Below, piece by piece: positions 26,808-36,420 of a stretch of 64,000 nucleotides of DNA. A model generated the notes under the pieces. That model searched no databases, was not told the origin of the DNA, and saw only the letters and a program-made list of their open reading frames with translations. The stretch is taken from assembly GCA_964614655.1 (NCBI GenBank), contig CAZTPF010000007.1:17819-81818 (forward strand), in the 5' to 3' direction. The DNA is from an uncultured Bifidobacterium sp. (GTDB taxonomy: Bacteria; Actinomycetota; Acidimicrobiia; Acidimicrobiales; Ilumatobacteraceae). Position 1 is the first letter of the stretch, and every line of letters starts with the position of its first letter. Position numbers and translations under genes: made by a program.

Positions 26808-27452
26808 TCAGCAGGCGAATCCTCCGGGCAGGAGGTTGCCGTAGTCGTCGCAGGCCACGAGTTCTCCCGGTTCGGTGAGATCTCCACGCCCGCGCGGCAC
26901 GGCGATCGGTTCCGAATCGCTCGAGAAGACGATCTGGCCGATTCCGGCCCGACGCGTGAGGGTCAGAACGATCTGAGCGACTGCGAGTCGCTGTTCGGGT
27001 CCGGTGACGATGAGGGTGAAGGCGGGATCGAGGTCGACGGTGGCCACACCTCGTTCCACGGTCACGTCGATCACGAGTCCGGGCGGCAGCGCGCTCCGCA
27101 GTCCGGCCGCCTCGTCGATGTCGGGAATTCCCTCGCTCAAAGCGGCCAGCACTTGCGGGGCCGACGCCGGGCTGAGAAGCAATCGGGCGATGGGGACGAT
27201 CCGCGAACCGGACACGAAGAAGAGTTGAACTTCCTCCACCGGGAGGGTCGTGGTCGTCGTCGAAGGGGGTGGTTCGACGACGGTCGTAGTGGTCGACGTC
27301 GACGTCGTGGGCGGCAGGGTCGTGGCCGTGAACTGTTCGGGAATCGCGCCCGGGTCGATCGGGCGACTCGACGACGTGGTGGGTACACCGCACCCGACGA
27401 CGAGCAACAAGGACAGCGCGAGGAGGATCGACGGACGGTGACGGTGACTCAT
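26808..27452 (-). CDS. GerMN-domain lipoprotein (LpqB-like, short)
   Basis: Lipobox LLLVVGCG, then a Thr/Pro linker and a GerMN-like core (LFFVSGSRIVPIAR...). The ATG overlaps the kinase stop (ATGA). Confidence 0.65.
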   Translation of the reverse strand: MSHRHRPSILLALSLLLVVGCGVPTTSSSRPIDPGAIPEQFTATTLPPTTSTSTTTTVVEPPPSTTTTTLPVEEVQLFFVSGSRIVPIARLLLSPASAPQVLAALSEGIPDIDEAAGLRSALPPGLVIDVTVERGVATVDLDPAFTLIVTGPEQRLAVAQIVLTLTRRAGIGQIVFSSDSEPIAVPRGRGDLTEPGELVACDDYGNLLPGGFAC

Positions 27453-28834
27453 CGGCTCGCTCCTGGAATCTCGACGACGAAGCGTGCTCCGCCCGACGGG
27501 ACGTCCTCCACCCAGACTTCGCCGCCGTGGGCACGTGCGTGCTCGGCGACCAACGCCAGGCCGAGGCCGGTCCCACCGACTCTTGTTCGTCCGGCCGAAC
27601 CTCGCGCGAAGCGCTCGAAGATGCGCGCTCGCTCGCTCGGAGCGACCCCGGGCCCGGCGTCTTCGACGGCGAGTCGCGTCGAGGCTCCGCCTCCGCCCTC
27701 GACGACGACCCGAGTCGGACCGCCGCCGTGAAGTCGGGCGTTTTCGAGAAGATTGGCGACGATTCGCTCGAATCGGCGCTTGTCGATCGATGCGATCGGA
27801 CTCGAGCCGGGAGTCACGTCGATGTTCAGACCGGACAAGTCGTAGCGCTGGGCCACCCGTCGTACGAATTCGACGAGATCGACGTCCTCGCGGTGGACGT
27901 CGACGATTCCGACGTCCATACGTGACAACTCGAGGAGATCGAGAACCATCTGGTCGAATCGCCGCACCTGCGAGACGACGACGTCCAGTGCTTGTTGGGT
28001 TCTGTCGCCGAGATCGGCGCGACGTGCGTCGAGGACTTCGACAGCCGCGGCGAGCGCAGTGACCGGGCTGCGCAATTCGTGCGACACGTCGGAAGCGAAT
28101 CTGGCCTCCCGTTCGATCCGGGTCTGAACGGCGTCGGCCATGTCGTTGAACGTCGTGACGAGACGCGAAAGATCGGGATCGGATTCCGGTTCGAGTCGGG
28201 TGTCGAGGCCACCGACTGCGATGTCGCCGGCTGCTCGCGTCACTCGCTGCAACGGGCGCATGAGACGCCGACTGACGATCCAGCCTGACGCTCCGGCCAC
28301 GGCTCCGATGACCAACGTGCTGACCACCAGCGCCGACCCGATGATCGTGAGAGCGCGCTGGTCGTCGTCGATGGGGAAGGCTTCGAAATAGTGCGCTTCG
28401 GCGGCGGGGATGGCCACGCCAAGACCGATGTACGAGGCGTCGGCGAGAGTGAAGCGCTGATACGAGGTCGTGCCCTCGAGGGTCTCGCTGATCAGTTCGG
28501 ACGGGAAGGCGTTCTGGGTGAAGCGAAGGTCCTGTGAGTAGAAGAGCCGTTCGCGGTCGAGGTGGAGGACGGCGAACCCGCCCTGCTCGGTTCGGACGCT
28601 GTTGATCAGTTCGAATGCTTCGCCCCGTCGGGTCTCGAGTTGCGATCGGACGAATTCGGCGTTGGTGAAGGCCTGTCGCTCGACCGAGTCGTCGCGCCGA
28701 TCGAGCAGATAGCTCCGCGCCACGAAATAACTGACGAGAGACAGCGACAGTGACGTGAGCAGGCCGACCAGGACGAAAAGGAGCGTCACTCGGGTCCGAA
28801 GCCGCAACGGACGGCGGCGCGTCGTGTCGGCCAT
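27449..28834 (-). CDS. Sensor histidine kinase (HAMP-HisKA-HATPase)
   Basis: H-box FASDVSHELRSPVTAL, N/G boxes LLENARLHG, VEDAGPGV and GGTGLGLALV, plus two TM segments. Start is ATG 28834 or 28852. The tracked ORF runs on to 29092. Confidence 0.88.
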   Translation of the reverse strand: MADTTRRRPLRLRTRVTLLFVLVGLLTSLSLSLVSYFVARSYLLDRRDDSVERQAFTNAEFVRSQLETRRGEAFELINSVRTEQGGFAVLHLDRERLFYSQDLRFTQNAFPSELISETLEGTTSYQRFTLADASYIGLGVAIPAAEAHYFEAFPIDDDQRALTIIGSALVVSTLVIGAVAGASGWIVSRRLMRPLQRVTRAAGDIAVGGLDTRLEPESDPDLSRLVTTFNDMADAVQTRIEREARFASDVSHELRSPVTALAAAVEVLDARRADLGDRTQQALDVVVSQVRRFDQMVLDLLELSRMDVGIVDVHREDVDLVEFVRRVAQRYDLSGLNIDVTPGSSPIASIDKRRFERIVANLLENARLHGGGPTRVVVEGGGGASTRLAVEDAGPGVAPSERARIFERFARGSAGRTRVGGTGLGLALVAEHARAHGGEVWVEDVPSGGARFVVEIPGASR

Positions 28835-29118
28835 GACTCCATCCTGCCCCATCTGAACGGATCGACCAGTCGCTGGGAATCGAGGGAGACGGATCCGGAC
28901 ATGACGCCGCCCGACTCGGGAAGACCGGCGAGTCGGGCGGCGGATCTCGTTCGGTTCCGCCGGCCGACGAGGATCAGGGGGAGGACGACCCCCGTCGGAC
29001 CAGCGTGAACGGGGACAGTGTCCCGAGGTCGTGTGAAAGGACGGTGCGGGATCTGTGCGTTTTCTGTAACAAAACCGCGAAGGTCGAGACACCCCAGGTC
29101 ATGGGTCAGAATGGGCCG

Positions 29119-29805
29119 ATGAACACGATCCTGTTCATCGAAGACGACGATCAGATCCGCCTGGCGTTACGGCTGGTTCTGGAGGACGAAGGTTTCTCGG
29201 TCACCGAGGCGCCAGACGGTCGATCGGGTCTGGCAGCCTTCCATGCCGCCGAACCCGACCTGGTTCTCCTCGATCTTCGGCTGCCGGATCTGTCGGGGTT
29301 CGAGGTCTGCCGAGCCCTGCGGGCCATGTCGATCGTTCCGATCGTGATGGTGACCGCCCAGACGGACACCAACGACATGGTGGCCGGTCTCGAAGCAGGC
29401 GCCGACGACTACGTGACGAAACCGGTGGTTCCAAAAGAACTGGCGGCCCGCATCCGCGCTCACTTGCGCCGTGTACAACTCCAGGGCGACGTCCCGCCGC
29501 CCGTCGACGTCGAGACCTTCGGCGACATCGAACTCCGACGCGAGCAAGGCGTCGTCCTCAAGTCTGGTCGCGAGATCGCGCTCACCAAGACCGAGTTCAA
29601 TCTGCTCTGCGAGTTCGCCGACCACCCGAACATCGTTCTGTCGCGCGATCAACTGCTCGAACGAGTCTGGGGTTACGACTACCTCGGCGACAGTCGGCTC
29701 GTCGACGCTCACGTGCGCCGTCTTCGGGTGAAGATCGAGGACCACCCTGACGAACCACGGCTCGTGATCACGGTTCGCGGTATCGGTTATCGAATGGTTC
29801 GCTGA
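29119..29805 (+). CDS. OmpR-family response regulator
   Basis: MNTILFIEDDDQIRLAL..DLVLLDLRLPDLSG receiver domain, and a winged-helix C-terminus LTKTEFNLLCEF..VRRLRVKIE..ITVRGIGYRM. An alternative ATG is at 29101. Confidence 0.9.
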   Translation: MNTILFIEDDDQIRLALRLVLEDEGFSVTEAPDGRSGLAAFHAAEPDLVLLDLRLPDLSGFEVCRALRAMSIVPIVMVTAQTDTNDMVAGLEAGADDYVTKPVVPKELAARIRAHLRRVQLQGDVPPPVDVETFGDIELRREQGVVLKSGREIALTKTEFNLLCEFADHPNIVLSRDQLLERVWGYDYLGDSRLVDAHVRRLRVKIEDHPDEPRLVITVRGIGYRMVR

Positions 29806-29808
29806 CGC

Positions 29809-31710
29809 TCACCCGTCGATCGAGTTGAGGAAGTCGACGACCTCTTGCCGGTCGATCGTGCGCTTCATGGGTGGCATGGCGGCCAGGAGATGTCGTCGAT
29901 AGCCGGCGGTGGCGAGGCGCGGATCGAAGACGGCAACGACACCGCGATCTGTTGTCGACCTGATGAGGCGACCGGCCGCCTGGGCGAGCAGCGTCGCCGC
30001 TCGTGGAAGATCGATGTCTCGAAACGCCCGATCACCGACTCGTTCCCGACGAGCCGAGAGAAGTGGGTCGTCGGGCCGAGGAAACGGAATGCGGTCGATC
30101 GTGACGAGAGACAGCGTGCGACCGGGGATGTCGATTCCCTGGAAGAAGCCGGCGGTGGCGAAGAGGCACGAGTTCTCGTCGGCGACGAAGGCTTCGACGA
30201 GCCGGGACTTCTGCGACTGGTCCCGTTGCGACATGACCGTCACGTCGAGGATCGGGCGCAGGGCGTCGACGGCGGCGTCCATGGCCCGGTAGCTCGTGAA
30301 GAGGGCCAACGTTCGTCCTCGTGCGGCGGTGATCAGTCGAAAGAGCTCGTCGTTGACCGCACTCTGGAAGGCGGCACCGTTCGGATTCGGAAAGTTCGAC
30401 GGGCAATACAGGAGAGAGTTGGCCGGGTAGTCGAAGGGGCTTCCGACGTCGAGCGCATCGTACGTGTCGGTCTCGAGACCGATTCGTTCGGGGAGATTCT
30501 GGGGGATCGTCGCACTGGTGAGAACGGCGGTGCGTCGCGACCAGGCGGCGTTCGACAGGACCGGTCCGACGTCGAGCGGTGCGATGTCGAGTCGGAGGGA
30601 ACCCTCGGCTCCTTGCACGAAGGGGACACGAGTGGAGTCGATGGCCAGTGCGAGATCGAGATCGTCGGCGAGTCGAGTGGAGAGTTGCTGGGCGCGCAGT
30701 CGCCTCTGGTTGGCGTCCTCGTCGGACGTCTCGACTTTGCGTAAGGCGTCGAGGACGTCCCCGACGACCCGGCGCGCGTCGAGAAGTAGGTCGACGAGGT
30801 CGTCGGGTAGCGGAACGGGAAGGCGCCGATCGGAGTGCGAACCGAGGCGTCGCTCGAGTTCGTCACCGAGCGCGTCGACGGCGGTATGGAGGGCCGAATC
30901 GTCGACGATTCGCGAGACGGCGGAACCGAGGCGATGAAGACGAGAGCGCGAGAAAGACACGGCGACCGAATCGCTGATGATGTCTTCGAGTCCGTGGGCT
31001 TCGTCGACGACGACGATGTCGTGCTCGGCGAGGATCGCCCCGTCGGCCGCCACGTCGAGTCCGTACAGATGAGTGTTCACCACGACGATGTCGGCTTCCG
31101 ACGCCCGCAGTCGAGCCAGTTCGGCGAAACACGTTCCTCCGAGCGGGCAGCGGCGGGCGCCAGGACACTCGTCGGACCCGACCGTGACGGCACTCTCGGT
31201 GTCGCGTCCGATGCCGAACGGAAGATCGGCCAAGTCGCCGGTCTCGTGACGGTCGGACCACTCCTTGACCTTGGCGACTTCGCGTCGGAGACGATCGGTC
31301 GTTCCCTCGAGCTGCATCTGCTCGGGGCCCTGGCGTGACAGTGTCTCTTCGAGGCGCTGTCGACACACGTAGTTGCTGCGTCCTTTCAGGACGGCCCATT
31401 CGAGTTCTCGGCCGAGGGCGCGAGCGACCGTGTCGGCCACCAGAGGAAGGTCCTTGTGCGCCAATTGATCCTGCAGCGCTTTCGTCGCCGTCGTGACGAC
31501 GGCCTTGCGCCCCGAGGCGACGACCGGAACCAGATATCCGAGAGTCTTGCCGGTGCCGGTTCCGGCCTGAACGACGAGATGGCGGCCGGTTGCGACCGCC
31601 GAATCGACGGCTTCGGCCATCGCTCGCTGTCCGGGGCGATCCTCGGTCGATCCGAGAGCCTCGGTCGCGATGTCGAGCAGATCGCGTGTCGAGAGGGGGC
31701 GGGGCGGCAC
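29809..31710 (-). CDS. dinG: ATP-dependent DinG/Rad3-like helicase
   Basis: VVQAGTGTGKTLGYLVP Walker A, the DEAH-like VVDEAHGLED, and a C-terminal helicase motif TSATIP.../GRLIRS. Confidence 0.85.
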   Translation of the reverse strand: MPPRPLSTRDLLDIATEALGSTEDRPGQRAMAEAVDSAVATGRHLVVQAGTGTGKTLGYLVPVVASGRKAVVTTATKALQDQLAHKDLPLVADTVARALGRELEWAVLKGRSNYVCRQRLEETLSRQGPEQMQLEGTTDRLRREVAKVKEWSDRHETGDLADLPFGIGRDTESAVTVGSDECPGARRCPLGGTCFAELARLRASEADIVVVNTHLYGLDVAADGAILAEHDIVVVDEAHGLEDIISDSVAVSFSRSRLHRLGSAVSRIVDDSALHTAVDALGDELERRLGSHSDRRLPVPLPDDLVDLLLDARRVVGDVLDALRKVETSDEDANQRRLRAQQLSTRLADDLDLALAIDSTRVPFVQGAEGSLRLDIAPLDVGPVLSNAAWSRRTAVLTSATIPQNLPERIGLETDTYDALDVGSPFDYPANSLLYCPSNFPNPNGAAFQSAVNDELFRLITAARGRTLALFTSYRAMDAAVDALRPILDVTVMSQRDQSQKSRLVEAFVADENSCLFATAGFFQGIDIPGRTLSLVTIDRIPFPRPDDPLLSARRERVGDRAFRDIDLPRAATLLAQAAGRLIRSTTDRGVVAVFDPRLATAGYRRHLLAAMPPMKRTIDRQEVVDFLNSIDG

Positions 31711-31725
31711 GTCTCGACCGTACCG

Positions 31726-32382
31726 TCAGGCGGTGCGAGCCAAGGCGATGGCGGCGTCGAGGTCGTCGGCGTCGAATTCGGGCCACGTGCGGTCGGTGTA
31801 GTACGTCGGCGCGCCGTTGGCCTGCCAGAGCAAGAAGTTGGAGACTCGGTGTTCTCCCGAGGTTCTCACCATCACGTCGACCATCGGCATGTCGGGGAGA
31901 TACATGCCAGCCGAGAGCGTGTCGACGGTCGTGGGTCGAGCCGAGCGAAGAGCTCGTCGACCGGCCTCGACGATTTCGGCCCGGCTTCCGTAGTCGAACG
32001 CGACGGTCAGAGTCATCTTGCGATTGTGTCTGGTGTCGGAGATCGCCTTCTCGATCGCCCGTTGCACGAAGACCGGAGTCCGCGCCGACGGATCATCGAA
32101 GGGGCGACCGATCCACTGGACTCTGACGCCGAGTTCGTTCAATTCGGCGACCCGTCCGAAGAGTCGACGATGCAGTCCGAGGATGTGGCGCACCTCGCGG
32201 CGTGGTCGGATCCAGTTCTCGGTCGAGAACCCGAAGACCGTGAGCCAGTCGACGTCGCGGGCGACGGCGGCTCGCACGACATCGGCGAGGTTCTCCTCGC
32301 CGGCCGTGTGGCCGGCAGTGCGGGGCAGGTGCTGACGCTGCGCCCAGCGGCCGTTTCCGTCCATGATGCAGGCCACGTGCAC
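31726..32382 (-). CDS. uppS: cis-prenyltransferase (undecaprenyl-diphosphate synthase family), catalytic-type but lacking the C-terminal RxG motif
   Basis: The GTG start gives HVACIMDGNGRWA, then FGFSTENWIRP, and RTSGEHRVSNFLLWQ. It ends ..AAIALARTA, with no RRFGG-type tail (see finding). Confidence 0.85.
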   Translation of the reverse strand: MHVACIMDGNGRWAQRQHLPRTAGHTAGEENLADVVRAAVARDVDWLTVFGFSTENWIRPRREVRHILGLHRRLFGRVAELNELGVRVQWIGRPFDDPSARTPVFVQRAIEKAISDTRHNRKMTLTVAFDYGSRAEIVEAGRRALRSARPTTVDTLSAGMYLPDMPMVDVMVRTSGEHRVSNFLLWQANGAPTYYTDRTWPEFDADDLDAAIALARTA

Positions 32383-32423
32383 GTGAGCGAGGGTAGCGGG
32401 CGCGTTTCGGTCACAATGGCTCC

Positions 32424-33017
32424 GTGGTGCTCGAGTCCTCTTTGCCGGCGGCGCTTCGACGCGGGATGCGTCGTCTCGCTCGCCGAGCCAAGGGTGAGGG
32501 CAGTTCTCGCTCGCTTCACGTCGTGGTGTGCGGGGGGACTTGCGAGGAGTGGTCGCGCCGAAGTGACGAACACTGGAACCAGTGGGCGGCCGAGATCGCC
32601 GCGGCGGCCGCGGGCGAAGGAGTGGGGTCGGTGACGGTGTATCCCCTCACAGGATCGACCGCGAGCTCAGGCGCGATTCGCCGGTGGAGCATCGCCGGCG
32701 TCGCCGTGACCGCGTGCGAGGAGGCCGACGGACGTCGGCGAATGGCCGAGGTGATCGATTCGTGGCCCTCGGGCCTGGCCATGACCGAAGAGACGTTGGG
32801 CCGCGCCCTCGTCGGCCCGGGCGGCGACCCCGACGTCGTCGCGGTGGTCGGTGCAACCGGTCGCCTTCCCACCGCGCTCGTGTGGGAGCTCGCCTACGCC
32901 GAGTTGGTCGACGTCACCACCGACTGGGAGTCCTTCTCGGGACGAGAACTGAGCGCGGTCATCGACGAATTCCGTACGAGGAATCGGCGCTTCGGCGGCG
33001 TCGACGAAGCACCGTGA
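32424..33017 (+). CDS. Degenerate cis-prenyltransferase-fold paralog that retains the C-terminal RxG motif
   Basis: LHVVVCGGTCEEWS stands in place of HVAxIMDGNGRWA. The C-terminus LVWELAYAELVDVTTDWESFSGRELSAVIDEFRTRNRRFGG aligns with the UppS C-terminus LLWQIAYAELYF..RERRFGG. The stop overlaps the recO GTG. An alternative start is ATG 32466. Confidence 0.65.
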   Translation: MVLESSLPAALRRGMRRLARRAKGEGSSRSLHVVVCGGTCEEWSRRSDEHWNQWAAEIAAAAAGEGVGSVTVYPLTGSTASSGAIRRWSIAGVAVTACEEADGRRRMAEVIDSWPSGLAMTEETLGRALVGPGGDPDVVAVVGATGRLPTALVWELAYAELVDVTTDWESFSGRELSAVIDEFRTRNRRFGGVDEAP

Positions 33018-33787
33018 CGTCTCGGCTCTATCGCGACACGGGGATCGTGCTCCGTACCTATCGACTGGGTGAAGCCGATCGGATCGTGGTGTTCCTCACC
33101 GAGAACAACGGCAAAGTGCGGGCGGTTGCGAAGGGAATTCGCAAGACGCGGTCGAAGTTCGGCGGTCGGCTCGAACCGCTGTCTCTCGTGAACGTCCAGT
33201 TCCACCGCGGCTCGTCGCTGGACGTGGTGAGCCAAGTGGAGACGGTCGATGCTTCGACGTCGGCCTACGGCGATCTCGACGTGATGACCGAGGCCAGTGC
33301 GGTGCTGGAAGTCGTCGACCAGCTGATTCCCGATCGCGAACCGGTTCCTCAGATCTTTCGCATGTTGTCCGGCGTACGGCGAACCTTGCTGGAGAGGCCG
33401 TCGCCGCTCGTCGTCCCGGCTTTCATCTGGAAGCTCCTCGCCGCCGAGGGAGTTCGTCCCGAGCTCGACCGCTGTGTGGGTTGCGGTGGAGGCGAGGACG
33501 AGGTCGGGGGCTTCGTGGCCTTCGATTCGACGATGGGAGGAGTGCAGTGTCGACGCTGTCGAACCGGAGTCGCCGTCAGCGATCGGGCGGTCGCCCTTCT
33601 GCGTGACATGTTGGGAGGCCGCTTGTCGATGGTTCTCGACGCCGCTCACGATCCGGCTGGACAGAGGCTCGACGATCCGACGGCGTCGGAAGTCTCCGAT
33701 CTCGCCACCCGCGCCTTCGAATCCCATGTCGAGCGCCGCCTGCGATCGGTCGGGATCTTCGAGCGTCACGACGACCGCGGCTCCTGA
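33014..33787 (+). CDS. recO: DNA repair protein RecO
   Basis: GTG 33014 gives VTSRLYRDTGIVLRTYRLGEADRIVVFLTENNGKVRAVAKGIRK.., and the Cys cluster CVGCGG...QCRRC. Conserved era/recO/uppS neighbourhood. Confidence 0.9.
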   Translation: MTSRLYRDTGIVLRTYRLGEADRIVVFLTENNGKVRAVAKGIRKTRSKFGGRLEPLSLVNVQFHRGSSLDVVSQVETVDASTSAYGDLDVMTEASAVLEVVDQLIPDREPVPQIFRMLSGVRRTLLERPSPLVVPAFIWKLLAAEGVRPELDRCVGCGGGEDEVGGFVAFDSTMGGVQCRRCRTGVAVSDRAVALLRDMLGGRLSMVLDAAHDPAGQRLDDPTASEVSDLATRAFESHVERRLRSVGIFERHDDRGS

Positions 33788-33854
33788 CGGCGTCGTCGAC
33801 CGGGAGCGCGCGGAGCCCGGGCGATCTCGGCGTGATCCCGTAGCCTGGGCGACC

Positions 33855-35165
33855 ATGCCTGCCAACGACCTCGACCAGATCGTCAATCTCGCCAAGCGAC
33901 GTGGCTTCGTCTATCCGTCGGCCGAGATCTACGGCGGTTTCCGTTCGAGCTACGACTACGGCCCGCTCGGATCGCTGATGTTGCGCAACGTGCGCGAGGC
34001 ATGGGTTCGCGACATGGTTCAAAAGCGCGACGACGTCGTCTTGATCGACGCCGCGATCCTCGGCCCACCGCAGGTGTTCGAGGCCAGTGGTCACCTCGCC
34101 AACTTCAGCGATCCACTCGTCGACTGCCGCCAGTGCAAACAGCGTTTTCGAGAGGATCATCTGGAGAACAAGGAGGTGTGCCCCGGTTGTGGGGCGTCGG
34201 GCACTCTCACCGAGGCCCGAGCCTTCAACCTCATGTTCAAGACCTACGCCGGACCGGTGGAAGGCGCCGGAGCCGAGGTGTACCTGCGTCCCGAGACGGC
34301 CCAGGGAATGTTCGTGAACTTCGCCAACGTGCTGCAGACGAGTCGCAAGAAGCCGCCCTTCGGTATCGCACAGGTGGGGAAGAGCTTCCGCAACGAGATC
34401 ACTCCGGGCAACTTCATCTTCCGGACCCGCGAATTCGAGCAGATGGAGCTCGAATTCTTCGTGCCGCCGAGCGAAGGACCGTCGTGGTACGAGTACTGGT
34501 GTCGGACCCGACTTCAGTGGTACGTCGACCTCGGAATCCCGAGCGACATGCTGCGACTCCGAGCCCACGACGCCGATGAGCTCAGCCACTATTCGGCGGG
34601 TACGGCCGACGTGGAGTTCATGTACCCGTGGGGATGGGGTGAGCTCGAGGGAATCGCCCAGCGAACCGATTTCGATCTCGGACAGCACGCCAAGCATTCC
34701 GGTCAGAAGCTCGACTTCTTCGATCAAGCAACCAACGAGCGATACGTGCCCTACGTGATCGAACCGGCGGCCGGCGTCAACCGCGCCATGGCCGCCTTCT
34801 TGCTCGCCGCTTACAGCGAGGACGAGATCGACGGCGAGGTGAGGACGGTTCTGCGGCTGCATCCACGCCTGTCGCCGTACAAGGTTGCTGTTCTCCCCTT
34901 GAGCAAGAAGGACACGTTGACTCCGCTCGCGCGCCAGGTCTTCGCGTCCTTGTCCGATCGCTACATGGTCGATTACGACGACACGCAGTCGATCGGGCGG
35001 CGCTATCGCCGTCAGGACGAGATCGGTACCCCACTCTGTGTCACCGTCGATTTCGACAGTCTCGAGGACGGCGCGGTCACGGTCCGCGACCGCGACACGA
35101 CCGAACAGGAGCGCGTCCCCATTTCCGATCTCGACGTGCACCTTCGGCGTCGACTCGGGTTCTGA
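33855..35165 (+). CDS. glyQS: Glycine--tRNA ligase (homodimeric type)
   Basis: ATG 33855 gives MPANDLDQIVNLAKRRGFVYPSAEIYGG.., LRPETAQGMFVNF, GKSFRNEITP, and FRTREFEQMELEFF. Confidence 0.92.
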   Translation: MPANDLDQIVNLAKRRGFVYPSAEIYGGFRSSYDYGPLGSLMLRNVREAWVRDMVQKRDDVVLIDAAILGPPQVFEASGHLANFSDPLVDCRQCKQRFREDHLENKEVCPGCGASGTLTEARAFNLMFKTYAGPVEGAGAEVYLRPETAQGMFVNFANVLQTSRKKPPFGIAQVGKSFRNEITPGNFIFRTREFEQMELEFFVPPSEGPSWYEYWCRTRLQWYVDLGIPSDMLRLRAHDADELSHYSAGTADVEFMYPWGWGELEGIAQRTDFDLGQHAKHSGQKLDFFDQATNERYVPYVIEPAAGVNRAMAAFLLAAYSEDEIDGEVRTVLRLHPRLSPYKVAVLPLSKKDTLTPLARQVFASLSDRYMVDYDDTQSIGRRYRRQDEIGTPLCVTVDFDSLEDGAVTVRDRDTTEQERVPISDLDVHLRRRLGF

Positions 35166-35265
35166 CGGTCAGGAGTTCGGCCGACCGTGCCGGGCGGTCT
35201 ACCGTGATGCTGAGTCGACATCGTGTCGATCGAACGTTCGTGGAACGTCGAGGGAAGGGGAAGTG

Positions 35266-35571
35266 ATGGCACGAATTGCAGTGTGGGCGAAGATTCCGGC
35301 GGCCCCCGGAAAGCGTGACGAGCTGGCCAAGGCTCTGGAGACCGCTCTCGAGACCGCCAAGAGCGAGTCGGGGACGATCTACTACATCCTGCACGCTGAC
35401 GCGAAGGACGAGAACGCCCTCTTCATGTACGAGATGTACGAGGATCAGAGCGCGCTCGACGCGCACATGGGTTCCGAGGCCTTCAAGGCACTCGGTCCGA
35501 GCATCGGACCGTTCCTCGGTGGTGCCCCCGAACTCAACTTCCTCGCGCCTCTCGGCGGCAAAGGCGCCTGA
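35266..35571 (+). CDS. Antibiotic-biosynthesis-monooxygenase (ABM) domain protein
   Basis: 101 aa. MARIAVWAKIPAAPGKRDEL..., and LFMYEMYEDQSALDAHMGSEAF. A GGGAAGGGGAAG SD lies upstream. Confidence 0.75.
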   Translation: MARIAVWAKIPAAPGKRDELAKALETALETAKSESGTIYYILHADAKDENALFMYEMYEDQSALDAHMGSEAFKALGPSIGPFLGGAPELNFLAPLGGKGA

Positions 35572-35574
35572 TCC

Positions 35575-36366
35575 GTGGGCGGCCGCACCTATCTCGACGG
35601 CATCCTCGCGGTGCATCGAGGTCGGGCGGCGGCCGACACGAGGGACGTCGACGAGCTCATCGTGGCCTGCCGGCCTTTGGACGACTGCCGCGGATTTCGT
35701 CGTCGACTCTCCACCGATTCGAAGGACGGGCTGGCGGTCATCAGCGAGATCAAACGCCGGTCTCCGTCGAAAGGCGATCTGAACGCGTCCCTCGATCCGG
35801 TGACGATGGCCCGCAGCTACGAGGCCGGGGGAGCGTCGTGTCTGTCGGTCCTCACCGATGTCGAGCACTTCGGCGGCTCACCCGACGATCTGCGTGAGGC
35901 GAGGTCGGCGGTGTCGCTCCCGGTCCTCCGCAAGGATTTCACCGTCGACGCCCGTGACGTCGTGGACGCCCGTCTGATGGGTGCCGATTGCGTCCTGTTG
36001 ATCGCCGCCGCACTCGAACCCGCCGAACTCCACGAGTTCCATCGTCTGGCCGAAGCGATCGGTCTCGACGTTCTCGTCGAGATTCACGACGAGAACGAAC
36101 TCGAGGTCGCTCTCGGAACCGGGGCATCGCTCATCGGTGTGAATCAGCGTGATCTCGTGACCTTCGACGTCGACCACGAGCGAGCCGTGAGAATGGCGAG
36201 GTCGATCCCCGATCACGTGGTGAAGGTCGCCGAAAGCGGCGTGCGCGGCGTCGACGATGCTCGTGCCCTTCGCGATGCGGGATATGACGCCGTGCTCGTC
36301 GGCGAGAGTCTGGTCACGTCGGGCGATCCGAGCCGAGCCGTCCGCCTCTTGCGCGCCGTGCGCTGA
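35575..36366 (+). CDS. trpC: Indole-3-glycerol-phosphate synthase
   Basis: ISEIKRRSPSKG, LSVLTDVEHFGGS, LRKDFTVD, and IGVNQRDL. Confidence 0.92.
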   Translation: MGGRTYLDGILAVHRGRAAADTRDVDELIVACRPLDDCRGFRRRLSTDSKDGLAVISEIKRRSPSKGDLNASLDPVTMARSYEAGGASCLSVLTDVEHFGGSPDDLREARSAVSLPVLRKDFTVDARDVVDARLMGADCVLLIAAALEPAELHEFHRLAEAIGLDVLVEIHDENELEVALGTGASLIGVNQRDLVTFDVDHERAVRMARSIPDHVVKVAESGVRGVDDARALRDAGYDAVLVGESLVTSGDPSRAVRLLRAVR

Positions 36367-36420
36367 CACCGGAGGGCCAATTCGAAGACGCTCGCCGGAC
36401 CGTTTGGGTACCGTGTCTCC

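Noticed and set aside
33788-33854. T-box or other leader upstream of glyQS, and attenuator upstream of trpC/trpB
   Set aside because: The intergenic regions are only about 67-100 nt. They contain no specifier or T-box-like conserved elements and no terminator/antiterminator pair that I could see.
33576-35141. 521-aa minus-strand ORF antisense to glyQS
   Set aside because: It is a shadow ORF of a highly conserved plus-strand gene, and its translation has no recognisable motifs. The same reasoning applies to the other long antisense ORFs listed below.
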